Assembly: GCA_964106915.2 (NCBI GenBank)
Contig: OZ066914.1
DNA from: Podarcis gaigeae
Taxonomy: Eukaryota
Reading direction: 5' to 3' (one strand)
Length of the DNA stretch: 64,000 nt
Shown here: in pieces, positions 14,424 to 29,491 of the stretch
Layout of the letters: every line of letters starts with the position of its first letter
Numbering within the stretch: the stretch's first letter is position 1
Program-made: the position numbers and the translations under genes
The notes under the pieces: generated by a model
The model's database searches: none
The model's input: the letters and a program-made list of their open reading frames with translations, nothing else
Told to the model about the DNA's origin: nothing

Positions 14424-14787
14424 GGGACGCAGGTGGCGCTGTGGGTTAAAGCCTCAGCGCCTAGGACTTGCCGATCAAAAGGTCGGCGGTTCGAATCCCT
14501 GCGGCGGGGTGCGCTCCCGCTGCTCGGTCCCAGCGCCTGCCAACCTAGCAGTTCGAAAGCACCTCCGGGTGCAAGTAGATAAATAGGGACCGCTTACCAG
14601 CGGGAAGGTAAATGGCGTTTCCGTGTGCGGCTCTGGCTCGCCAGATGCAGCTTTGTCACGCTGGCCACGTGACCCGGAAGTGTCTCCGGACAGCGCTGGC
14701 CCCTGGCCTCTTAAGTGAGATGGGCGCACAACCCCAGAGTCTGTCAAGACTGGCCCGTACGGGCAGGGGTACCTTTACCTTTACCTT
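14424..14787 (+). mobile_element. Sauria SINE (Squam1), full length
   Basis: tRNA-like head with box A (TGGCGCTGTGG) and box B (GGTTCGAATCC), conserved core, (ACCTTT)n tail. Confidence 0.92.
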
Positions 14788-16279
14788 AATCTAACCATAA
14801 TGCTAATGCTAACTATAACCATAAGCCTTTGCAGTTAAACACAAGCAGCACCTTCAGCCACAGTGCCTAATGGCCCTCTTCAAACTCTTTAGATTAAAAA
14901 AAAGAAACATTTATTCTGTTAATTAAGATGAAAATTGGAATGGGTGTAATTAATTAATTAAACCTTGCAAACCCGCCCCCCCACTGAGATGGTAAGTAAG
15001 CTTCATTATCTCCTTTTGATAGTGCCAGCTCAAGATCACAAAGCCTGTGAGTCAGGAATAAAACCCAAAGCTGTTGATTCACAACTCTGTACTTAATATG
15101 CACAATAAACATCTTTGTTCTTTTCTCCCTTTTGGCTCTTGCATTTCTCTGAGCATTGGGAAATGGACAAAAGAATGGGCTATTCGGTTCTGCCAAGTCA
15201 GGGTTGGTTTTAGCCCTAAGGTCATGTTTCTGCATGGGAGGTATTTTATTTACTGATAATTGATTGATTTGTGTTTCTAGCCCACACTTGATACAATGAA
15301 TGATCCCAGGACATGTTGTTGCTGGCATCCATCTGTCTCAATAGACAATGGAGTGCGCCTCTGGGGGTGAAGTCAAACAGCTGTGTTAGCATCCCCAAAG
15401 TGACCTCTTTGGGGTACAAGCCTGGGCAGTGTGTATGGAGGTCCTGGGCTACCCAGACGACAAGACCTCCAAAGTCCAAAGCTCAAGAATCCATTTGAAA
15501 CCAAAGCTGGTGTAGCAACACCACCAGGCTGTCTGGTATAGGGAGTGGTATCTTTGTCCTAAATCATTTAGGGCTTTATAGAAGAGCATTAACACCATGA
15601 ATTGGGTTCAGCATATAGGCAGCCAGTTAAGATGCTTTTGAATCATCAAAATATCACATGGTGCTTGTGGAATAACTGTACCATTTTTTTAAAAAGCTGT
15701 AATAAAAGTGATAAGGGATATAGTGGATAATAATTTCCATTTGGATATTACTACTACTACTCCTCCTCACCAATAGGTCTCAGGACCGGTTACAAGAATT
15801 TAAAATTCATAATTAAAAACAGTTAAAATAATGAAAAACAGTTAAAACTGTTAAGTATTCTAAAAATACAGTTAAGATATTTTAAAGATACAGTACCTAA
15901 ACAAACTTTGGCGCTAACGGAAAAGCTGCTAGTAACTGCTAAGTTCAGGAAATGCAACAAAATGTCCTTACCTTATTCATTCCCAAAGAGTCTTATAATG
16001 GGGAGTGGGAGAATATTAGAGTCAGCAATAGTCCCATTTTACGGATGTATACAGACCATGGACAGTCCCTAAGGACGATCACACACTCCATCCCTGCATG
16101 AAAACCACTCAGGAGAGGATTGCAGAGCAGCCTAGCCCTGCCCCTGCCACACCCTCCAACCAGACCTCACCTGCCAGTCATACATTCAGCAACTGTAAGA
16201 AGGGACCCTATGCAGACATGAGTGTGCACATGTAGATGTAAGTGGATAACCTAGGACAATCTGGAGTTTACCTCTACTG

Positions 16280-16457
16280 TCCGAGGCAGCATGCTTCTGA
16301 ATATCAGCTGCTGGCAATCACAGTTGGGGAGAGAGCCATTGTGCTCATGCCTGGCTTGCCGGCTTCCCACAGGCATCTGGTTGGCTGCTATGAGAACAAG
16401 AGGCTGGACCAGATGGGACACAGGCCTAATCCTGCAGGACTCTTCTTAATATTCTTA
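16280..16457 (+). mobile_element. CR1-type 3' fragment
   Basis: Diverged copy of the same dispersed repeat (cccacaggcatctggttggc...ctggaccagatggg). Confidence 0.6.
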
Positions 16458-19400
16458 TGCCCCTAAGGCCCCTCTCGTGTTCACTGAAGATATGCTTAGA
16501 GGAAGATGTAGCCAGCAAGCAGAGCAAAACACTTGTTTGTGCAATGTCGGTCCCTTTATGCCTGCTATTAACATGCGAGGGAACTCCTCTGAAACTCCCC
16601 TCTCTTGTTTTCCGCTTCATCAATGTTTATTGTTCTGATATGTTTACAGGAAATAATACTTTCCACATGAGAAGCAAGGTGGGCAGGAAAGCAGCAAACG
16701 GTGAACAGTACCTCCTTCAATATCACCAACAAGAGGTTAAGGACAGCTCAAGAACAGAAATAGATGGAGGGGTCACCTGTGATTCAATAATGGATAAAAA
16801 GAGCAGGCAAAACGGTGGAAATGAGCAATTATTCACTTGAGCCGTTATTTGATTATTTGTTACTGAATGGGAGAGGGCCATTAGAATCTAACCTACTGAC
16901 CCAGCTAATCTCAGTTTTGTGGCAACATCAAGACGTCGTTCCCGCCCCTTCCCCCGTTGTTTGTGGTTTCATTCTGACAGAGGCAAAAGAAGGTCAAGTC
17001 CTTCCCTTGCTCAAAGTCACAGACAGGCAATGAGTCATAACCAAATGGTTGCTCGGAGCTCTGCTTGCCTTGTAATCATATGCCGACATGATGGGATTTA
17101 GTTTTGAAGGAGGGATTTTTTAGGTTTCGTAGGACCTGCCCTAACCGTTTCAGGAAGCAGCTGCCTTGGTTATGTGATGATAGTGATCAGAAAACTAGCT
17201 TGGGCTTTGAATCCTGTTCTCTCCCAGGTCCATGTACCCTATTTAGCAGATCAAATGGGCAACTCGTTCAGAAGAACATAGTCAAGCATCTATAAGAGCA
17301 ATACAGGTGTAGCCAAGGAACTTCATTTCCTAGGACAATCAACAAGCAGGCAGTGGTGAGAGCTTTGAGGAGGCAGGCCTACTGATGGAGGGGGCACCAC
17401 TGAGAGCATCTTGCTGAAGTCCCCACCCACCCCAGATCTGCAGGCAGGCACTCACAGTGGAAAAGCAGCAGGAGAAAATGGGTTAGCCCTGTGGTGCCTG
17501 CTTCTGCCAACCTAAAGCGTTCCACAAACCTTCTGCTCCCCTCATCCTTTTTAATGAACTGTGTGTGTCTGCAATATCACCTGCTCCTAGGATGGGTAGA
17601 TGGGAATGCATCCTAAGGAGCATCTTTAGCCATAGCAGCCACCTCCTCACACATTATCCCTTCTCCTGGTACATCAACTCTGCCACACACATACACAAAA
17701 TAGGCTTCTAGTGATGATTTTAGCCTGCCCTGTTTTGTTTGGTGATGGACACTCCATTTTGATATGCCAAGCATCCTTCAAATACACTGTGATACCCCCC
17801 CCCACACTTGAAACACTGTGCTGAAGTCACTACAGCTGTGCTCCCTTTTGTAGCTCCGCAATACAGCTGGAGACATCGGAGGGGCAGGAGATCACGCGTT
17901 ACAGTCAGTTTTTTATAAGGTATGGAACAGTCGCCAGGGAAACCCTGTTGGCTTGACCCACCAATAAACTATGCCAGGTTGTTTGGATGTCAGCTAATTT
18001 AGTCCTATTAGTGTCAATGCGTATCTTTATTTCAGTGATTTGTGGATGAGACTGTCCTTGCTGCTAATGTTAATTATGCTGTCCTCTAACAGGCCGGTTG
18101 TCTTGCACTGACATGGCAAGGTGACTTGGGATGTCAAGCTATGCAGAAGGGAAGCTGGGTGCATTCAGAGGAGCCATGGCAGGCAGGTGTACTAAGATGT
18201 CAGAAATAGGAGGAGATGGATCAATGGAGTTGCCCTGGATAGGACAAAGCAGGCATCTTTTATGCCATTCTGAAAGCATTCTGACCCTTATGAAATCATG
18301 TAGGTCTACACAGACCTGTACACCTGATCTACAGCAGTGTGTACTACTGTGGGATTCATACAGAAAGGACGGCACACAAACTTGTCTCCCTTGTCTGGTA
18401 GACAAAACGATGGGCTGGTAACTGTCAGTGGGCATCCTTGCCACTCAAAGGCAAAAAGCCCTGTGGGAACATTGAGGGAAAGTGCAAGAAATGCGCTCTC
18501 CCCTCTGTTGTAGTAAAATGTGGAAGGAACAATAACAAAGCCGTACAAGGAATTAGAAAAAGCAAGTCGTATCATACGCCGCTATTGTGATGCAAAACAG
18601 TTCCGAGCACCCGGGTAGACATTTTCAGCAAGGGAACTTGCAGGCTCAGCGGAAAGGCTACCAGCACTGCCAAAACGTCACCCAAAGCCATTTCAGATCC
18701 GTTTGATTGGCATCTCTGTACTGACGATCATGCAGATGTTTTCCAGTTAACAATGTCTATTTTTCAAAACTAGGGAGCACTTCAGCATTTGCTGAATTAT
18801 TAATGCTGCAGCCCTGATAATGTATATAGTACCTTGCAAGCACAAAGTGCAATGGGAGATGGAAACAAATCAATGTGTGTAGTGTTGCTTCTTTTCACAA
18901 AAGAGGAAGAATTAGCCTTAGATAAGGATAGCAATGTTGCAGCATTTATACATATACAAAAATGAATTGGGGGTGGGGTGAGGACAACCCAAAGTCATTT
19001 GATGTTCTCTCTCCAAAATGTTCCACTACAGCAAAAAGAAAAATTGCATGTTGGATGAAAAGAAGGGACGACATTTCACAAAATCATCAAATGTGTTTTA
19101 AGAGAAGCTAATTGCTGCTTTGACTTGCAAGCGAAAGAGTTTCAGCCTTATAGCTTCAGGGAGAGTTCACACATATATGTTTATCGTTCCTTGACTGCAA
19201 CATCCCAGGAGGGGTTGAATGCAAGAAAAAGCTACTGCAGATCAAACACCATAAAGAGACCTTGCATTGCCTCTGACAACATTCAAATGCCAACCTTCTC
19301 AAAGGAGGCAATTCACATGTTCGGCAGTGAGCATCAACTGATTTACAGGCACATGTTAAACTGTTCCTAGGTGTATGGAGATCCAGCAGACCTGAGAAAC

Positions 19401-20161
19401 ATGCAAAAGGCAGACAGGAGAGGAGCAAGAGAGCTTTCTGAATTCTTGGCTTTCTCATGCCTCTGTTCTGTGATGCAAAGTGCAATTCACAGAAAGATTC
19501 TTTTCTATGAGAATTGAACCCTTTTCCAGAGCTCCTGTGGGCACAAAAAGACTCCTTTCCCCACCCATGTCAGAGCAACCCACTGGCCACTGTTTCTTCC
19601 TAAGAGCTGGAGAAGGAGAATTGGCACCCAGCAGTGCAAAGGATGCTGCTGCACGGAGCAGGGCTGGATAGCTCTGCCAGCACAACAAAGCAATGAGCTG
19701 CCTTTTCATCCCAAGGTAGGAATCCCATTGCCAGACCTTTGAAGCTCTGCCACTCTCAGCCATTGTGGCCCACAGGAACAGGCCAGAGCTCTCTCGTTCT
19801 GCTGACCCTCTCTTGACAGGGTTTTCCATTTGTCTTTGCCCTACTCAAAGTGTTTCCAAAGTGCAAAGACTGGATTGGCCAGTCTTTGCCATCTCGTAGG
19901 TCACAGTCAATATTTTTTGTTATTAAAAATTGCATGCCTTACAAAAAGCACAGAAACAAATCTGCCAGTATAGAACAACTGCCATCCTTTTCATGGGGCT
20001 GTCACACTCTTCTCTACACCAAAGTGCTTTAGGCTTCTTATACATTCATAGCATATAGTCAATAAAATGTGTATTCAAAAGCTTGAGAAAGAGGACAGGA
20101 CAAGAAAGAGAAACTTGCATATGATCCCTACTGTATCATCTCTCCCTCCCTTCCTCCCTCC

Positions 20162-20171
<10 letters not shown>

Positions 20172-20220
<49 letters not shown>

Positions 20221-20223
20221 ACA
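20172..20223. repeat. Compound microsatellite (CT)12(CA)14
   Basis: Direct reading, preceded by a poly-C run. Confidence 0.97.
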
Positions 20224-20968
20224 GCTAAGGTCAGTTTTGGTTGGAGTAAATACTGCCGGAATAGAATACAACTGTTTGTAAGTTGCACATCCAGGCTTGG
20301 CCACAAGTTCCTGTTGGTCCCCCACAGCTGGCACAAATTAAAATTTAACTGACCTATTTGATATCTACAATTAAAACAAAAACACCCAACATATGTGATG
20401 GTGACTGATCCTAGGACAGACAAGTACTCCACTCCCCACTGCAGCACTCCTCATACCAAATGACTGAACTGAAGCCATGGTAAAAACAATTGCAGGAAAC
20501 AGGTAGGCGGAAAAAACTGGTGTATAAGCTTGGAGGACGGAAAGCACTTTCAAGTCCCCCAACATCAGAGCAGCTGCCCCACAGAACTGCAGGTTCCTAT
20601 TTACACAGCTCTTGAAAGACATAAAGAACAGAGACGTTAACCCCACTGCACAATGGGTTTTAAGAGTTAGAACATTGCTAGGGACCATAGTTGGCTTTGC
20701 TTGTTTTGTCGACTGCTCCAACTTCCAAGAGAGATCTGCTGGATGATGCCCCTCTGTTCCTGTCCCCCTCTCCTCACCACACAGTTATGGAAATATTCCC
20801 CCCCCCAACCACCATTGGAGTTCTTCCAATTTATTTCTTCTTTAGTGGAGCCTCTGGCTTAACCTCTTGGTCTCCTGACACAAATTATACACCGTGACCT
20901 AAGAACTTTGCTGTTGCTTCCCTACTCTCTCCAAACACACACATCACTGCTGTTGTGCTCCCTCCTCT

Positions 20969-20973
<5 letters not shown>

Positions 20974-21040
<67 letters not shown>
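20974..21040. repeat. Compound microsatellite (TG)19(AG)14
   Basis: Direct reading. Confidence 0.97.
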
Positions 21041-21042
<2 letters not shown>

Positions 21043-21695
21043 TCTGCTGCCACTGGACCTACAGTGATGCTAACTTTCCCTTGGTGACCCATTCCAGAGG
21101 CAGAGCTGTGTTATTTGGCTGCAACGAAAAACAGCAGAAAGAACCCGCAGACCTTAACCTCTCCTGGTGTCCCCCTTATTGCACATCTTATGGTTATTTG
21201 TAAAAGATGGTATAAGGACATTTATATGCAATCCCATTTTCAATCCTGCCAACACCTGCAAGAGTTTTTGGGGAAGCAAGACTACTTCGTTTCCAGACAG
21301 GGAACGTTCTGTAACTTCCTGATGAAATCCTGTGACTTTTCATCCCCCCCCCCAATGTTCCCGGGCTGTTTTTGCTCTGCTTTTGCAGCTCTGTGCGCAA
21401 GAGCGCACCCCCGGAAGGCAATAATGCAGTATCATTTGGGAAGCATTGCAGAGCGATTAATAAAGCAGAAAGATGTGTGGACAGCTGGGTATAAATCCAC
21501 CACTAATGCCCTGTTATTGCCTCGATGACATGTTGCAGAAAAACACCCGTCTGGAGGGGCCCTGACAGATTTATTGTGGCTTCAGCTTTCCTGGAGCAGG
21601 GCCCGCTTTGGCAGATGCATGAAGTGTTACTCACAGTCAACAGATACCTATTTCTATCTGTCAACTAGGGACAACACATCATGCATCTGACAGGA

Positions 21696-21856
21696 TACTG
21701 CCTTACACGGAGTCAGATCATTCGGCCATCTAGCTCAGTATTGCCCACACTGACTGGCAGATGCTCCCCAGGGTTTCTCTCATCCCTACCTGGCAATGCC
21801 AGGGATTGAACCTGCGACTTGCAGCATGGAAAGAAGATGCTCTACTGCTGAGCTAG
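21696..21856 (-). mobile_element. tRNA-derived SINE with CR1-like tail
   Basis: Minus strand reads TAGCTCAGCAGTAGAGCA (box A)...GGTTCAATCCC (box B), then a non-tRNA body. Relatives near 8820-8940 and 39787-40595. Confidence 0.7.
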
Positions 21857-22199
21857 GCTTTCCCTTGGCAAAGCTGGCTCTTGTCCATGAAAGCCTATGC
21901 CAGGAGAAAAATGTGGTCTTTACGGTTCCACAAGACAGACATTTCCTCCTCCTCTCTTCCCCTCTCTAATGCTAAAATATAAATGGCAACCTTCTGGGGC
22001 AGAGACCTGCCTCCATGATTATTTTACTTTGAGAAAGTTCCCTGATGTATTGACCCGCACGTTTGCACACTCGAGCATTAGATATTGGGGCTCCTGGCAG
22101 TAGTTCTCTCTCCTGCTGGCTCTTCCTAATAAATAAGACTAGGAGGCAACATGCAACGGAGACCTGAGAGAGCCGCTTGCCATCCTGAGCCAGGGGCGT

Positions 22200-23850
<1,651 letters not shown>

Positions 23851-24204
23851 TTGAGTGGCACCAGCTGCTTTTCAGAGGACATTACCGGCCCTACCAGGAG
23901 CTGCTGGGGGAATCCAGCCACCAAGGACAGGAGGGCAGCTGCTCCCCCCCCCCCAAATAAAATAAAATAAAAAGAATCAATACAAATCTGAGGTTCCGCC
24001 CTCCAACAAAAGTCTGCACCCCCCAAACAAAAATCCTGTCTATGCCCATGGATCCAACCTGGGGCTTTTTGCATGCAGAGCCTTTTCTTTCGTCCTCAAA
24101 TGGCTCTGGGTCTTTGGAAGGTATGTCCTTCTTGTCATAGAATCAAAGAATTATAGTGTTGGGAGCAAGGGTCATCTAGTACAACCCCCCCCCCCAGTAG
24201 TAGT

Positions 24205-24495
24205 TGTTATTTTATTTATAGCCTACTCATGTGGCCGGGTTTCCACAGCCACAGGCTGGCTTCCAGAAAAATATTAAAAATAAAACAATGTCAAACATTA
24301 AAAAAAATTCCTGCTACAGGTGTCCTCCTGCCACAGGTGTTCCTTCAGGTGTCTTCTAAAATTTGTGTAGTTCTTTTTCTCTTTGACAAGTGATGAGAGA
24401 GCGTTCCACTGGGAGGGTGCCACGACCAAGAAGACCCTCTGCCTGGTTCCCTGTAACTTCACTTTCCACAGTGAGGGAACCTCCAGAAGACCCTC
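24205..24495 (-). mobile_element. L2-like LINE 3' end
   Basis: Reverse complement resembles 5469-5685 (gagcgttccac...gccacgaccaagaagaccct). Confidence 0.65.
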
Positions 24496-26118
24496 AGAAG
24501 TGGACCTTAGTGTCCAATAATCTCCTTCCTGTTCCCACTGCCATCATAGCCATCATCATGGAGATCATAGCCATCATGACTACTAGCCACTGATAGCCTT
24601 TTCCTCAATGCATTTGACCATCCCTTTTGTTGGCCCAGTTGTACACACTCTCCCATTCTTATCCACAACCCCCTCAGAACAGAGTCACAAGACTCTTCCA
24701 GTCCTACAAGTTTCCACATGCTTCCACCCTGCCCAGGTCCTTGGCCATATTAACTTCTGCTTAAGGCTGTGTCCCCTGTGTTCCCCTATTTCCATTGTGA
24801 CTGGATTCAAGTTGCCCAATTAAAGTGGATTTGGAGCTGTTGTGCAATGAACCACTCCCCCCCCCCCCCCAATAATTAGTTGTTTCTTGTGGTAAATAAA
24901 GTGACAAACTGCACTGGGAAATGTGGGGTAACATTTGTGACATGGCATGGTGGTGTAACTCCTCCACAAACAACTCAGATTGATTGCTCACTAAACAGCT
25001 GGTGCCTTATAACCTCTATGCAGACTTTGTGCAAACAGGTCAGGATGAATGCTTAAGCGCTCAGCAATTTAGTTCTCAAGGTGGCCTGTGGGAAACCTAT
25101 AAGCAGGTCCTGAGCTCAACAACACAGTCTCTGCTGAAAGCGTATTCATTAGTACAAGCATACTTGAAAGCCTCATTATCACCTCTTTCCTTTGCCAGAG
25201 CAAGGAGGCTCCATAAATTATCCCTGTGCTCCCAACTGGTGATGTCATTGCTCCTGCTCTGAAAATAGTTCTGCTTCCCTGTGTTCCCCCTTCATTATGC
25301 CACGGTTATTAACTACTACCAAAGCCCAGCTGCCCAGCTGGAAAAACTTTGTCCCCCTCCCTTCAAGATTAGCAGTTCCCCCAAGCTACAACAGCAACAA
25401 AAATGATATGAAGGACTTCTATATGCATATGTGTGCATACATGGACACGTGAGATAGATTGTTTGCAAATATAGGTTAATTGAAAGAAAGTAAAGGCTTG
25501 AGGGGTGTTTGCGTGTGTGTTTCTGCAACAAATAATGGTGTGTGTGGTAGAAACCAGAGACAGAACCTGTGAGCTTTAATCATATAAATTACTGATATGG
25601 TGTGTGGGTGTGTCATAGAAGTAAAAGAGACGAAAATCCTACTAGACTGCCGTTAGTCATCTTTTGGCAATTATCTCCAGTTCAGGTATAAAAGACTCAA
25701 TCAGTCTCTTTTTTGATGGCATTTAATTGCATTTTGATGAATTCTATGCAATAAAATGCACAGTGCTGGATTTTAGAGTATTCTCTTTGCCTAAGGAGGA
25801 AAAGGAAATTGTCCCAGCGATACTTTCATTATAATAGGTGTCAACACTTATCTGACATTGTCCACAACAAACAAGGCAAGCAGTTCCTACAAGGGCTTAA
25901 GGGGAAGATGGTAGTGCCAGGCAGACTTTCTCAAACATGGCAGGATTTACTAGTGCAGAAAAAGCTAGACAGATAAAGCCTGGAGAAGGAGATAAAATAA
26001 GTGGGTGGAAGCGCTTAAACAACAGATAAAGAATTTTAGCATCAGCATAGCAGGGCTATAGACCATCCAGATAAAAGTCTGTGTTTTGCATTATAGACTT
26101 GTTACAAATGTCACATCC

Positions 26119-26121
<3 letters not shown>

Positions 26122-26161
<40 letters not shown>
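26122..26161. repeat. (AC)20 microsatellite
   Basis: Direct reading. Confidence 0.97.
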
Positions 26162-26164
<3 letters not shown>

Positions 26165-26550
26165 ACTCTGGTTAGTCACAGCTAGTCTTACAATGTACTG
26201 TCCAACTGAGCAAACATTTTCTCTGCTCAAAAAGCTGCTGAAGAACATCAGTTTTACTATGTATTTTCCTTTTGTATGATGGCTGGGCCAACGAACAGAG
26301 TGTCGATCTTGGACCTGAGACCCTGCTTCCAAAGTCAGGCTCAGCCATGAAGTCACATGATATCCACCATTGGCAAGTTGCTCTGTTGGTAAAATGGATC
26401 TAGCAGAGATGGGGATGGGAGGGAGCCTTATTCCATGTTAGACCGTTTGTCTGTCCTAGCCTGGCATTGTCTCTACACAATCCCATATATAAAAATAATT
26501 TCAAATCTATTACAGACTGGGATAATATTCTTCACTTAAAATGTTTGTTT

Positions 26551-26692
26551 CCTCACAACAACTCTGTGAGGTAGGTTAGGCCGGGAGACTGTGACTGGCC
26601 CAAGGTCACCCAGTGAGTTTCATAGCTGAGCAGGGATTTGAACCCTGGCCTCCCAGGTCCTAGTCCGATACTCTAACCGCTACACTATACGC
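26551..26692 (-). mobile_element. Older Squam3/MIR-like SINE
   Basis: caacaactctgtgaggtagg...cccaaggtcacccagtgag...ggatttgaacc (reverse box B). Similar to 48657-48867. Confidence 0.75.
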
Positions 26693-26863
26693 ACTCTCTA
26701 TTAAACATGATTGCAATCTCTCTGTTGCTCTTTGACCACCAGGGCCTTAGTCCCTGCATCCAGATCTTTTGTTTATTTGTTGTTTAAACCCAACAGTGCA
26801 CATGCAGGGCATTTTGCAGTATGAGAATAATTAGAAAGTAGTCAGGCCGCTTCCTCAAGGAGT

Positions 26864-27327
26864 TGTCAGGATGCTGTCAGCGGCTCCTAGCTGGTCGCCC
26901 AGGAAAGTATAAAGAGAAAGGAAAGTTTCTTACAGCCCTTTTTTATTTCAATCTTTACAGAACCCAGCCTCTTGGATAAGGGTGTTGTCGCCAGTGAATC
27001 TCCACCCCGTCTCTCCCACTTCCTCATTCGTCACTTCTACAGGTGCTGCTACGTGCCCTTTGTCTTTGAGCTCTTTGCTCTCCTACTTTTAAGGCTGGCC
27101 AGGTTCTGGGAGATGGAGGGTCTGGAATGCTCTCTAATGATGATGTGTCAGCTGGGTGTTGTTCCGGCTCTTCCATGATTTCCCAACTTTTCCCCTCATC
27201 TGCCTCTGAGCTGTGACCTCCCTCAAACCCCTGTTGTAAATTTATACTGTCTTCCTCTTCCTCCTGCCTGGAAGGGTCAGGGTGGGGAGGCAGTCTCCAC
27301 CATTCCTCCTCTGCCCAGTCCCTGACA
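26864..27327 (-). mobile_element. Solo LTR (probably Gypsy-type)
   Basis: TGTCAGG...CCTGACA termini, flanks GGAGT/GGAGC, AATAAA on the minus strand near 26942. Homologous to 29784-30285. Confidence 0.8.
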
Positions 27328-27501
27328 GGAGCATACAATCTAAAGTCTGGTGGAGCTGGGGTGAGAACAGAGGGAGGGGTGAAGCAAAGGTATCAAGGGA
27401 TGAATGGGAGCCCAGGTAGTTTCATGTAAGCGTGTTGTTTTCTTGCAATTACTTGGTTTTAAAGAATTAAGAACAGATTGGTACATCTCCTAAAGCAAAA
27501 C

Positions 27502-27530
27502 AGAAGAAGAAGAAGAAGAAGAAGAAGAAG

Positions 27531-27562
<32 letters not shown>

Positions 27563-27570
27563 GTAGTAGT
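27502..27570. repeat. (GAA)~19 microsatellite followed by (TAG)3
   Basis: Direct reading. Confidence 0.97.
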
Positions 27571-29105
27571 CTGGGCAGAGGGAGGGGATTGGGTGATGAC
27601 TAGGACAAGGATTTATTCAGCCTTTCCTTGTCTGTGACTATCGACTTAGTCAGCATGTTTATGGCCACAAAAGACAGTGTTTGTTGACTTTAAGAGTTTT
27701 AAGGACACAATGCAAATGGGACGAAAAGTCTGTCCATGTCCAAACATGAATGGAAATGTCCACCAAGGTATTTATTGTAGAGACAAGCACATTCCAGGGC
27801 ATGGCTGAGACTTTTTTTTCTTTAAAGTTAACACTGGGTTGATTTTGAAACTCAGGTAGGTAGCATATAGATTACCAAGCAGGGGAGTCTAGTCTATGGA
27901 GTAGACGTTTATTGGAGCAGCTATCTTATCATAGCCAACTTACAAGGCAGAGACCTGAGAAGGTGTTTGTGGATGAAGGTTTAAGCTAAATATTTTTGGA
28001 CTGGTAGGTTAGAAAGTACAGATTAAATGAGAGAGACAACTCACTCTGACCTGGGGGCAACCTGGCTTCTGTCAAAGGAGTGGTTGCCTAGGTCATCTGA
28101 ATGCTTGCAGTGCAATTTCAGAATGAGCCATCCTGATTCAGAGAAATACTAGACATGCACACAATACCTTACGCATTATGGCATCATCATCCAGTCTATG
28201 AAGAGGACTGTATAGATTTACCCAGGTCAGTATATCAGATCGACTCCAATTCTTTGGGCAGAGAGGTAAGAGGGGGCAAATCCCAGCCACTGCATTTGCC
28301 ACTGTAACGTTTAAAAAAGCACAACATATCACCACTCTCTACAAGGAGGCTGATTTTGCATTAAATAAGTGGAATCTTTTGTATGTGATATACATATTTC
28401 TAAACAATTGCCTAAACACTAAACACTTTAGAAACACTGGTTTCTAAATGATGAAGGCTGCAGTCTGAACAATGTACAGCTTATTTCCGGTTGTCTGGTA
28501 ATGTTTTGGCATTTTGGTCTGTTTAAAATGAAGGTTGAGACTGGATCCTCCACTTTAAGATCAGCCACTCTCACCATTCATTTCATGTTTTAAATAATAG
28601 TTTGTCATGCTGTTCACCTTATATTCCAAGAAGGATTCCACTTTTTAGATTTACCCTGGGAATAGATAGGATCAGTTTAGTTGTTTTTTTAGATCAGGCT
28701 TTATAAGTTCACTGTTCCTACTAGAAAGATCTGATACTGGCAAAATCTAATTAATACAATACAGCATTGTCTGCAGTCGACAATCAAATACTTGAAATTC
28801 ACCTTGCTTCCTCACTGGGATGCGTGGCAGCCATCTAATTAACAATGTCAAGCATTTGTGTATTGAGCTTGTATTGTTACAGCACATCCCCCTGCTTCCT
28901 TCATTGTTTTTCTTTCAGTGGTGCTCTGCCTTTGCCACCCATCTAACCCATCTTCACAGAAGACTAGAATCATAGATCTTGCAGAACTTGTTCTTGATGC
29001 GCAGAGAACAAGATTCCATTGCTTTCATATCTCTCCTAAGCTTCACAGGATGTCTGTGAAGACATTTAAAGACATTTTTTGATGTCTTTAAAACCTGCCA
29101 CTCAT

Positions 29106-29252
29106 CAGTGGCGTAGCGTGGGGGGTGCAGGGGGGGCCGGCCGCACCGGGCGCAACATCTGGGGGTTAGGGTTAGGGGGCGCAAATCCACGGGTTAGGGG
29201 GTGCAAATTACTTTCCTTGCCCCGGGTGCTGACAACCCACGCTACGCCACTG
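29106..29252. mobile_element. hAT-type MITE (147 bp)
   Basis: Perfect 17-bp TIR CAGTGGCGTAGCGTGGG and perfect 8-bp TSD CCACTCAT (29098-29105, 29253-29260). Confidence 0.95.
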
Positions 29253-29491
29253 CCACTCATAGGTTCCCGTTGCCAAGAAATCAGACAACACATGGTTTGA
29301 GTTTGCCTCCTCTTGTGACTTCCTGTCTCATATTTTAATCTCTCAATTTCAACTGGATGCTTTCTTTTATTTCTGTCTTCTTATTTAAACTGTGTTGCAG
29401 TGTGACAACAGTATGCTATATTTTACCCTCAAGGATGGACTGCTGGAATATTTTAAACTCAGAAATTTTTATTATACCATATACTAATAAA

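Noticed and set aside
21790-21856. tRNA gene
   Set aside because: The box A/B head runs into a SINE body and the stems are degenerate. The same applies to the heads at 14424, 37392 and 54463.
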